A DNA stretch of 64,000 nucleotides from Eledone cirrhosa (taxonomy: Eukaryota): contig OZ024742.1 in assembly GCA_964016885.1 (NCBI GenBank), positions 174,158,001-174,222,000 of the forward strand. The letters run 5' to 3'. The translations under genes and the position numbers were made by a program. A model generated the notes under the pieces. That model worked only from the letters and a program-made list of their open reading frames with translations, was not told where the DNA came from and did not search any database. Below are positions 37,978 through 49,680 of this stretch, in pieces. The number at the start of each line of letters is the position of its first letter. Within the stretch, counting starts at the first letter, position 1.

Positions 37978-39165
37978 CAGCTTAATAATAAAAAGAAATT
38001 AGATATATTACTAAATCCTTCCAAATTATTTTCAAAATGATTTGAAAATTATAAGCTGTGTCTTTCACAAAAAGAAATGGTAAAAGAAAAGGATTAAAAC
38101 ACAGAGGCAGTATGTTTTTGCTAGAATTATGGTCAGAAAAGTGTTAATGATAATGAACATTCTGAAGTAATTCCTGGTTCTATGATACAAAGTTATCTAT
38201 TTTAAAGCCTTTATATTCAACTAAAACGTTCCGTCATAGTTTTGTGTAAGAACCTTTTCTAAGTATGTGCCAAACACCAGTTAAATAAGGTAAATATAGG
38301 TTATATTGCTAAATCTTCTCAATATTTCATATTATTTTCATAATTATTTGAAAAAAATAGGCAGTTTTCGATTAGAAATATAACAAAGTGATTAATTCAA
38401 GAAATACAACACAATTGTATCTTAACTCTTAACATTTTGTAATGATTTGTAGGATAACAGTGGTATATTTTATTCAAAAGTCCATATTATATTTGCAAGT
38501 GAACAGATTGTAGTGAAAATTTGAAGTATTAGGGAAAAAGTTTAATGTGCTACAATATGAATGTCCAATCAAAGCTAAGCAACATTTGTTTTTGTGGGTA
38601 AGTGGTATCTTATTACATGTCATTGATTATATAAAAACTACAGAAACAAATATAAGGTTGAACAAAGAAAACAAAAATAACAAAGTTTAGTAGTTACTTA
38701 ATGCATGTGTGTATGCATACATGTTGTAGGCATGCATGTGTATCTTAACTACTAAGTCTTTCATTGTTCAACCTTGCATGCACACACACACACAAATAAA
38801 CACACACATATACCCCCCCCCCATATATATATAATATGTTTCTAGTTAAAAGTACATTAAAATCAATTGAGTCTTACTTATATTCCACTGTGGAACATTT
38901 GCTCTCCCATAACATTTTGCATGTCTATTGTAAATGTATGTGTGCTTATATATATATTTTGGTTGGTGAGTATATGTGGATGCTGCATGGATGTGTATGT
39001 ATGTACGAATGAATATATGTGTATGCTTATATTATCTATGTGTCTGTGTGCGAATCTCTATATGCATGTATGTGAGTGTGTGTATGTATGTATATATATA
39101 TATATATATACATGTGTGTTTTTGTACTAAAAGGCATTGAAGTAAAACCACTTAAGCAACTCTGT

Positions 39166-40019
39166 GAAACCACTTTAATAAAAGCACAATAAGTTTTGTT
39201 GATAGGTTCAATCAAGGAACAACTTTCTCAAATGTCTACCCTAGTTTTCAGACAGGGAAATAGAAAAGAAAAGAAAAAAAGTATTCACCTGGAATTAAAT
39301 CTTCATTGGTACTGAATTTGGCTTCCTTTGGTAATGAATTGGCAAAGTTGCTAGAGCATTGGATTAAAGCCTGAATATATGTTCCATGTATGCATATACA
39401 TATATATATATATATATATTTGTGCATACATGTCAGTAATTAACCATATATATCATCATCATCATCATCATCAACATTTAACGTCCGTGTTCCACACTTG
39501 CATGGGTTTGGATGGGGGTTTTCCCACTTGAGGCAAGAGTGATTGTCTTGCTCGCATAGGACTGTCTGGCGGGTTTTCTACAGCTGGATGCCCTTCCTAA
39601 CACCAACCACATTTACAGTGTGGGGCTGGGAGGTTTTTACCGTGTTGCCTACACGGCCACATTACAGCGTGGACTGTGTGTTTTTTTGTCATGACACCTA
39701 CACGGTCTCATTTGTTTCGGCCTGGATGTTGTGGCACCAACATAACTTTACATTGAAAGGGGCGGTGTGGATGGGGGGGGGGGGGTATTTTGTTAGAGAT
39801 GCCTACTGACTGTAGTAGGTTTTACTTTGTATTTAGGTAAGGCGGGTTTTCTCTATTACTGAGTACCGCCAAAGGTATCGGTCCAGTGACATTGTCTTGG
39901 AGAGGTGTAAGCGTGTGGAGGTCGGAATTTATCAAGTCGTCCCAGGTTTTTCTGGGTCTGCCTATTCCGTGGCTACCGTCTATCTTTATTGCCCTGCACT
40001 TTGTTATACAGCTGTCGTC

Positions 40020-40050
<31 letters not shown>

Positions 40051-40579
40051 CATGGTTAATTAGTGACACATCAGCATGCATGGTAGAGCACTCAATGAAG
40101 TGCACAGAGGGGTCTGTTTATTCTGGAGAATATTTATAAATAAGAAGTGTAAGTCAACGGGTTAAAATTAATTTAATTTATTCATAGTCACTGTTATATA
40201 TATTTTGGTAGCATATGCTACTGGTGTCTTGTAAAAGCAGCATCAAATTCAGCAGTGATCATATCAAAAAATCTAAATATCAGAAGTAAGCTCTATTCCA
40301 TTGTTATTTTTTCTTTTTTTTTCTGTTCAAATTTTAGCTGTCTGATGTGATCATAGCTGTTGCATAATGGTTATCACTGAAATATTTATAACAGCGACTT
40401 TGAATAAATGAAGTTAATTTTAACCTGTTGACTTACACTTCTTATTTATAAATATTCTCCAGCATAAACAGACCCCTCTGTGCACTTCATTGAGTGCTCT
40501 ACCATGCATGCTGATGTGTCACTAATTAACCATATATATATATATATATATATATATGGTTAATTACTGACATGTATGC

Positions 40580-40664
<85 letters not shown>

Positions 40665-40889
40665 TACTTGGAACATATATTCAGGCTTTAATCCAATGCT
40701 CTAACAACTTTGCCAATTCATTACCAAAGGAAGCCAAATTCAGTACCAATGAAGATTTAATTCCAGGTGAATACTTTTTTTCTTTTCTTTTCTATTTCCC
40801 TGTCTGAAAACTAGGGTAGACATTTGAGAAAGTTGTTCCTTGATTGAACCTATCAACAAAACTTATTGTGCTTTTATTTAAGTGGTTTC
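39166..40889. repeat. Large inverted duplication (fold-back): arms 39166-40180 (interrupted by an RTE) and 40403-40889, loop ~220 bp
   Basis: 39166-39446 is the reverse complement of 40557-40889, and 40053-40180 of 40403-40532, with few mismatches. Confidence 0.92.
39453..40023 (-). mobile_element. RTE-clade LINE 3' end
   Basis: MKDDSCITKCRAIKIDGSHGIGRPRKTWDDLI, followed by 3' UTR and (GAT)n tail. Confidence 0.85.
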
Positions 40890-40904
40890 TTATGTATAAA
40901 TATC

Positions 40905-41223
40905 CAGTCTTGGTGACATGAGAATTGGTAACATGAGGAAAAGCACCCAGTCCATCCTGTTGGTGCTGGTAAGACAACAAAAAGCAGTCAGTCCAGTCTG
41001 TAAAGTGGTCATGCAGGCATCATGACAAGAATCATCCAGTATTCTCTGTAAATGTGGTTGACCTTAGGAAGGGTATCCAGCTGTAGGATTTAAGCCTAAA
41101 TCAGTTCTGTATAAGCAAGGCATGGTAACCTGATATAGCATTGCTCACAACAGGACAACTCATCTAACCCATGCTACCTTGGAAGAATTGACGTAAAACA
41201 GTGATGATGATGATGATGATGAT
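40905..41223 (+). mobile_element. RTE-related 3' UTR fragment
   Basis: AAAAGCACCCAG...TTAGGAAGGGTATCCAGCTGTAG...CCCATGCTAC..GACGTAAAAC then (GAT)n. Confidence 0.65.
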
Positions 41224-41689
41224 ATATATATAATCATTGTCATCATTTTACATTCGTTTTCCATGCCCACATGGGTTGGACAGTTCCTTTATAACACAAT
41301 ATAAATATATAAATAAGGAGATGAACGTTTTTAATATGTTGAATAGAATGCGTTGACTTCAAATTCAACAAAATTGCCTCAATGACAACCATCTTTTAAA
41401 TCCCCAGCCCCTCCACACCCACAACCACCACCTCAAATATAATAATGGTAAAAGCTTGGGAGTCCATTTGAAAATTATTTTGAATTACTGAGTACCTCCT
41501 GTAAAATTGTTTACAAAGGAACCATTAGTCTGTTGGTTACATGACAAACCCTGCAGTGTTGGTGCTACAATAAAATGTACCTTGTACACATTTTAAAGTC
41601 AGTTAGATAGAGACAACACAGGCTAGAGAAGGATCTAAACTTTTACCGAGTACATGGCAACATCGCTAGTGTAAATGCCACTAGAACTA

Positions 41690-41985
41690 CCTTTGTCTGT
41701 CACAGAACTAACACTGTCACAGAATTACCTCTGTCTGTCACATGTCTAATCTCATTTAACACAAAGCTAACTCTTTCTGTCACAAAACTAATTCCATTTG
41801 TCACAGAATAACAGTGTTTGTCACAGAACTAACAGTGTCACAGAACTAACAGCATCACAGAACTAACACTGTCACAAAGCTAACACAGCTTATTACAAAA
41901 CTAACGGAGTTTGTTACAAAATTAACATTGTCTGTTACATGTCTAACCACATTTTTCACAGAACCAAGTTTGCCACAGAACTAGA
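41690..41985. repeat. Degenerate minisatellite built on TGTCACAGAACTAAC
   Basis: About 12-15 variants at irregular 15-25 bp spacing; a few more follow the microsatellite at 42120-42200. Confidence 0.7.
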
Positions 41986-42018
41986 TGCGAACTAGTGATG
42001 ATGATGATGATGATGGTG

Positions 42019-42091
<73 letters not shown>

Positions 42092-42721
42092 TCATCATCA
42101 TTTATTGCAGAATTAAATCTACCTATGACAGAACTAATACTGTTCATCACAGGTCTAACCCAATTTTTCATAAATTTAACCCCATTTGTCAAATGTCTAA
42201 CTCCAATTGCTGCCATGAAATCAAACCCTTGACCTTGATATCATAAACACAACACCTTAACCACTAGGTCACACACCAACACATTAACTCAGTCAGTATA
42301 ATTTTCCTAATAAGGAATATTCAGATAGGAATCATTAGTGATCATTTGTATAGGCAATAAAACATAAATAACAAAGTAAAAATAAAAATGAAATCAAGAT
42401 AATAAATAAAAAACAAAATAAACAACTAAAATATGGAAACAAAAGAAGGTCCAATTGCAATAGGTATAGTGCAGGAAATATGCATAAACTGCTGGATAGC
42501 ATGAAATAATAGAGTTAAGAAGGAAGAACGAATTGCATTGCACTCTTTCCTCTTTCAATTATAAACAATTGTAGCATGAACAAGTCAGGAGAAAATTATA
42601 TAACATGTGCAGCTATGCAATTGTTCTGTAATGATCCATTTTTACAAGACAATTCTGGAAACAGGAATCAGAAATAGTTAGCTGAACATTAATCATTTCA
42701 GTTGAATTCTTCTTCTTCTTC

Positions 42722-42779
<58 letters not shown>

Positions 42780-43590
42780 GTTTCTGAGTTGGTGTGAGGA
42801 AAAATAACCTGCATTATTTGTTCTAGCTCTTTACATACTGAGTTCAAATCCTTTTGAGGTCAACTTTGCCTTTCAACCTTCTAATGTAAATAAAACAAAA
42901 TGCCAGTCAAGTATAGGGTTCATATAATTGTCTATTTCCTTTATCCCCAAATTGCTGGCTTTGTGCCTAAATTAGACACATGCTTTGCAGTGTAGAGTTA
43001 CATTACCTTTACTTTCTGAGTTCAAATCCTGCTGAGGTTAGCTCTATCTTTCATCCTTACAGAGTTGATTAAAATAAAGTACTGGCGTCTATTTAATCGA
43101 CTTCCCTCCTCTAAAATTGTTGGCTTTGTATCTAAATCAGAAACCATTATCATAAATACTAGAATTGGTAGGGGGTCTGACAAAATGAAGTGGTCTTCCA
43201 CCGTTGTAAAGAAGTATTGTTGATACTGTTTGTTAACCCTTTTAATATCACCAGCCTGAAACTATACCCGATTTTTTAAAATACAAAACTGCTTATTTTA
43301 AAATGTCCATATTTATCCCAAAACTTCTACTTTAGTGTTCTGTAAGATGCATTAAGTAATACTCTATATACCAGCTCAATAATGAAAAAGTTAATTATTG
43401 TATATACTAAGATATAAGCCAATACGAATATAAGCTGATTAATTTATGTCTGGGAAATGAGCAAAAATCTAAACCTTATTTACATAGAATTTGAAGTTGG
43501 TGAAAACTGTCAAAATATTGACCCAAAATTTAAGACAACCCCTTCTACCATTGATATTTGGTCACATATTCTTTGTCTTATATTTGAGTA

Positions 43591-44180
43591 TATCATCATC
43601 ATCATCATCACCGTTTTACGTCCGTTCTTCCACGCTAGCATGGGTTAGACGGGTTGTCCTGTTGTGTGCAGTGTCTGGTCGGCTGACCATGCCTTGCTCA
43701 TACAGGAACTGATCTGGCTTGATTTCTACAGCTGGATGCCCTTCCTAACACCAACCTCATTTACAGTGAGTGCTGGGTGCTTTTTCGTGGCGCCTACACG
43801 TCCACTTTACAGTGTGGGCTGGGTGCTTTTTTGCCGTGGCACCTCCACGACCACCTTGCGGTGGGGTGTGTGGGGGCATATTGTTTATATGCTTCAGCAT
43901 GTACCCATGGGAGGTCGGGTACTCTGTATTACTGCGTGACGCCAGAAGTCACGGTCGTGTGTCATTGTCTTTGAGAGGTGTAATTGGGTAAGGTCGGCTT
44001 TTATCACCTCATCCCAGGTCATCTTGGGTCTCCCCACTCCGCGGTTTCCATCAACTTCTAGTGCTCTGCACCTTTTTATGCAGCTGTCATCCTTCATACG
44101 CATCACATGTCCATACCAGCGCAACCGCTTCTCCTGCACACAGCATTTGATTCCTCTTATGCTCAGTCTCTCTCTCAATT
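43591..44180 (-). mobile_element. RTE-clade LINE 3' end
   Basis: ORF 43894-44178 RLRWYGHVMRM...RGVGRPKMTW, then 3' UTR and (GAT)n tail. Confidence 0.9.
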
Positions 44181-45399
44181 CATTTATGCTTTATTATTAT
44201 TATATGTACTATATTATTTAAGCAGTGTCTTTTATTAGAAATATGGTAAGGACATGTTGAAACCTTTGTATATAAATGTATTGTCTGTACTACCTGAATT
44301 TGTAGATGATCATATTAAATTATATTTTATATTTAAACATATTAATAAGGAACAATGGAGAAAAAAATGATCTTTATATAAAGTAGACAGCTCATAATAC
44401 TCATAAAACAACAAAGCAAGATGGAGGTAAATGCAAGGAACTGAAAGCTTTCACTATATGTTTCTAGGTTCAAACCATATTAAAACCATTCTGTTATACT
44501 ATTACGAACGTGTATAATAACGCAGATTCTCTAAATCTGCCTCAACCACACACATTTTATTTCTAATTAAACTTATAGAATTAATGACAGAAAAGGCAAG
44601 CAGCTATGTAAAATAATTACATAACCCAAAATATCCCTGCTCATACTTAGATAAGAACAATGGATGTAGGATGGTTAAAACGAAAAGTAATTATTATTTG
44701 AGATTAGAAAATAGAAATTTGTTTAAATCTGCTTAAAATGTGGGGGCTGTGAAAGAATAAAGCAGATTCTGAATGTGTGTGTAATTAAAAGTGACAGTGT
44801 GGGTTTAAAAACTATGTACTGCAGAGTAAACGTAATGTCATATTAATGCTGTATTGTCAATAAAATGTGTTTCTTGTCAACTAGAGTTGATGTCATCAGT
44901 TGACAATTGATTGGGGATTAATCAAGAAGCTGTTTTACAAGATTACTCTTTAACAGATTTTTTGGAATTGAACAAGTGAAGAACAGTTCAATAGATTTAG
45001 GTTATCTGTAAAACATCATCATTTTTTTTTTTTTTCATTATTTGCTTTTTAATCCTTTATTTAAAGCTGTCTCATTGGAAGCTTGGGCAAATGTCTTCTA
45101 ATGCCAACATGACCACAGTTTGATGACTAAAATTAATAAAAGAGTAAAAGAATAAAAATGACCTCTGATAGGGAAAACATAATGAGAATGGAAATAGTAA
45201 ATAGATTCAGTTAACAGGTTCAAATTACACCACTGGCATTTGTTCTTTCTTTCTCAACTGACTATTAACTTTTGGGGAACTACAGTAGAAGTATTCTCCT
45301 CAAGAATCCTGGCAGAGAAGCAATTACATCACAGTGATGTTGTTCAAATAAACACAGAACATTTTTAATTCACTTCACATTTACCATTTATTTCCTGGA

Positions 45400-45935
45400 G
45401 TCAATATTTGTGACCTAGTCACTGTCAGAGTTGCTGTGGAATTATGAATGTGATCAGGTCACAAACTGGGCATTGAAACATATTGAAAACATGAATTAAA
45501 TGATAAATATAACATGTGTAACTGTGGCTAAAATGACGTTTCCATGATGTAATAACTTTAGTTTCAACATACAGTTACAGACTAAATCACTTTTCAAACT
45601 TATACAACTGTGATTAAAATCACTATTCCATGCTATAATTATATGAGTGTCAACACAGCCCCAGATCAAGTCATTTTCCAGAGATGTACAAATGTGGCTA
45701 AAATGACTTTAGCATGACATAATTGTTTTAGTTTTAACATACCACACAGTCTAAGATCAAGTCACTTGGCAGACAAATACAACTGTGGCTAAAATAACTC
45801 TTCTATGCTGTGATTGTTGTTGCTTCAACACAGTCTCAGATCAAGTAACTTGCCAGCCAAATCAAGTACAACTGTGGTTAAAATTATTCATCCATGGCAT
45901 ATTTGATTAGTTTCAACACATGGTCTCAGATCACT
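45400..45935. repeat. Diverged tandem repeat, 84-91 bp unit x ~6
   Basis: AACTGTGGCTAAAA-like cores near 45520, 45606, 45690, 45781 and 45870, each with AGTTTCAACA and ATCAAGTCA blocks. Confidence 0.75.
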
Positions 45936-46819
45936 CCCAGTTAATAATGTTAGCACTATTTTCTAGGCTTTCAAAATAATTTCTAGCTTCACAAATAATA
46001 AATCCAGAATACCAAACTTGTTTCGGTGATTTTAAAAATAAAGGAAACACTTGATATTGACAATATATTATTACCTTTATTATATTTGTTGTTATTAAAA
46101 TACACACATGACTGTAAATTAAATTCTGTGGAAAGGGAACAGTCACTTACATAGACCTCATTACTTCATTATTACTTTGTTTTATCGAATCTGGAAGGGT
46201 GAGAAAATCTAAGATGACTTTGGCAAGATTTGAACTCAGAATGTAAGGAGTCATAATTAAATGCAATAAAGCATTGTATCTGGTGCTCTAAGGATTCTGC
46301 CAATCGACCAGCTTGAGTGAAATTATTTTTAATGTAAGCAGGAAACTGCAACTTTTGAGGAAGTGAATAGCCGTTTATATCGAACCCAGTAATTAATTGC
46401 TACTTTGTTTTATCTACCACATAAAGGCCCACTTTACATCATTAGCAGTACCATACAGCAAGGAATCATGCCATCCTGTGATATCTATGTTCAGCTAGGT
46501 GGTCTGAGGCATGAATAAAATTAAGTGTAATACAAGAATTGCCAGAATGTGAACCAAGAACACAAGAAGAAAGAATTCCCGTATAATTTTCTGTCATTTA
46601 TCGCATAAACATCTTTAACTTCTATGAAAACCATATCCACAATTAATTTTAAACACACCAAAAATATATTCTTTGAACAATCCTAGATTTATAATAGATT
46701 AATTCTCCATTTCTGCTGTTGATTTATTCTTTCACACAAAACAATTAACTTCACCAATCAAATGACTGTTCAACAACAATTTTCATTACATTCCAAACAC
46801 AACAAAAACAATGACAGTA

Positions 46820-47387
46820 GTCATCACCATCATTGTCTTCATCATCACCATTGTCTGCTAATTCTTTTCTTTCTTCTTCTCCTACTTCTGCTCCTTCTTC
46901 TTCTCCTGAACCTTCCTCTACTCATGCTTTTTCTTCCAATTCTCCTTCTTCATATGATTATTCTCTTTCTGCTTCTACTTCACATTATCATCCTTCACTA
47001 TCAGCTTCTGCTTATTTCCTTCCTTCATCCTCATTTTCTTCTGATCTCTATCATCATCATCATTTTGGTTTTAAGATGAACATCAGTATAATAATAAATA
47101 TAATAAATATAATAAATATAATAATAATAATAATAATGATAATTATAATAATAATAATAATAATGACAATGATGATGATGATAAAAAAGACAAAGAAAGT
47201 GCATTATCAGCACCAGCATAATCACTGCCACCATATTTCCTGTCTCTTCCTACTTATCATCATCATCATCATCAATAGACTGGACTAAAATCAATAAACT
47301 AAAGGAATACACACACCTACATACACATACATACACACACACATACATACATACATACATACATACATACATACATACATACATACA

Positions 47388-47418
<31 letters not shown>

Positions 47419-47447
47419 GTGTGTTGTTTACTTTCTGCATGCATATG

Positions 47448-47500
<53 letters not shown>
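46820..47500. repeat. Compound low-complexity tract: (CAT)n, (CTT)n, (AAT)n, (CATA)n, (TA)n
   Basis: Directly visible. Confidence 0.9.
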
Positions 47501-47502
<2 letters not shown>

Positions 47503-48198
47503 TAGCTTTTTTTATATCAATAATTTGAAAATAGCATACATTTCTTTTTCTTTTATAAAGCAAAGAAAAAATAGAGAAATAACATATTCCACCTAAATTC
47601 AGTGACTAAAGCAGTATTTAGTAAACAACAATAACAAACAAACAAACAACTACAGCAAGTTTTATTTCAAACTAGTGTGCTAAGAAAGAAATAATTACAT
47701 CATATTTATAACTTTCGAAAGTCAAAATATAGAAATGAAATACATTTCATATTTCTTATTATTGTTCTTGTTGATGTCATTGTTGTTGTTGTTCTTTAAG
47801 ATACCAAATTCTAATACACTTAAATGTAAAGGAAGGAGCGGTCTGTAAACTTCATTTGCAAAAGTTTTAATCAAATTCTCACAAAGTTTAAAGGTTTTAT
47901 TTATCAAACACATTTTCAAAGAAAAATTCACCAAGAAAAATATATATTTCATGTTTTACAATATAATTTGTTTTAATAATTTTTCAAAGGCTATTGTTAA
48001 TTACTAGTAATTTAGTTTCATTGCAAGTTGAAATTTATTCAGAACAACATTGGGAGTGTCAAATGATTTATTTATGATTAAAAACAAAAGATGTTGATGG
48101 AGATATGAAGAGAAGTATCGAGATATAGAGAGGGAGAGATATAGAAAGAGAAACATTATTGATCACCCATGAACTCTCCTTTATTTATCTGTCTACTG

Positions 48199-48255
<57 letters not shown>

Positions 48256-48279
48256 TAAATATATATTTAATTAATTATT

Positions 48280-48436
48280 TATTTATTTAAAAGACAACAG
48301 AAGGTCAGACTCGAAATATTATTTTCATGTTGTGAACTCACAATACGGATTTCTATAGCCATAGAAATACGTATTGTGAATTTGCAACAGTAAAAAAATA
48401 TTTGAAGTCCGGCCTTCTGTTGTCTTTAAATAAATA
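48280..48436. repeat. ~155-bp imperfect palindrome inside a (TA)n-flanked element
   Basis: TTTAAAAGACAACAGAAGG...CACAATACGGATTTCTAT-AGCC-ATAGAAATACGTATTGTG...CCTTCTGTTGTCTTTAAA. Confidence 0.85.
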
Positions 48437-48698
48437 TTTAACTCTGTCCCTGCACCAACCATGAGATACTTCATCTATGATTGATCATTTGCGTAATGTT
48501 GAGCAGTTTAATTTGGTTTACTAACTTGAATGACCAGGTCTATACATTGGTAAGCCATACAAAATAAATGTTAAGTATATATATATATAAATATACTTAC
48601 ATATATATACTTCTCAAACTATTGAAACGTCAGTAACTAAACATTACAGACCAATACACTATATATATATATATATATGTATTGTATTGGTCTGTAAT

Positions 48699-48752
<54 letters not shown>

Positions 48753-48836
48753 CACTTTATTATACGTTGAGCAATCTCCGATGTCGGTTGACTCCATCCA
48801 ATGCAACTACTTAGTAACATTGGAATACAAATTTAC

Positions 48837-48901
<65 letters not shown>

Positions 48902-48931
48902 TGTATTGGTCTGTAACGTTTAGTCTGTAAT

Positions 48932-48994
<63 letters not shown>

Positions 48995-49134
48995 TATCGT
49001 GCATTGGTCTGTAATGTTTAGTTACTGATGTTTCAGTAGTTTGAGAACTCAATGTTGATAGTTGTGTCTGACTAACAATGTGAGATTTTAAGGTACTTCA
49101 CCATATCTTTAAGAAGTAGAGTGTTAATAATAAT

Positions 49135-49350
49135 AATGGTTTCTTATTTAGGCACAAGGCCAGCAATTTTGGGGGAGGGGAAAGTCGATTAAATTGACCC
49201 CAGTGCATGACTAGGACTTTATTTTATCGCCCCCTGTAAGGATCAAAAGCAAAGTTAACCTCGGCAGGATTTGAACTCAGATCATAAAGGGCCATAATTC
49301 TATGCTGCAAACCATGGCGTCCGACCCTCTACCAATACTGCCAATCCACA
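49135..49350 (-). mobile_element. SINE family A copy (longer variant)
   Basis: Same head; extra GGGGAGGGGAAAGTCGATTAAATTGACCC segment in the 3' part. Confidence 0.8.
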
Positions 49351-49583
49351 GGAATGAAATATTAATATAACATCATTATGTTTATTCACGTGTGACATGT
49401 GTTTTGTAATCGATCAGCTCATGTTATGATATATATATATATATATATATATATGACTGACACATGAGTTGCTTCCTCTGTATAACAAAAATGCCAAATG
49501 TATTAACATAATATAACCTCTCTTATATCTGATGAGATCTTAAAAATGAAATATTGTTCAGTCATCTTGGTTTTATATGAAGA

Positions 49584-49680
49584 CTAGACCACCCGTGACC
49601 CATTGGGTCACGTTCGCTTCAAAATAATTTTTTTAAATCATGTTCACTTAAAAATAATTTTAAATAATTAAATCATAGAC
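49584..49680 (-). mobile_element. Helitron 3' terminus fragment
   Basis: A|CTAG at 49584 followed by the perfect hairpin CGTGACCC-ATT-GGGTCACG (49594-49612). Confidence 0.55.

Noticed and set aside
40053-40532. Stand-alone MITE with 130-bp TIRs
   Set aside because: Better explained as the inner part of the larger 39166-40889 inverted duplication.
45400-45935. Possible C2H2 zinc-finger array, given the ~84-bp period
   Set aside because: Spacing varies from 84 to 91 bp, no CxxC/HxxxH or TGEKP pattern, and no ORF.
46762-47563. His/Leu/Ser/Ile-rich ORFs, and similar [12 protein letters not shown] ORFs throughout the window
   Set aside because: Translations of microsatellites.
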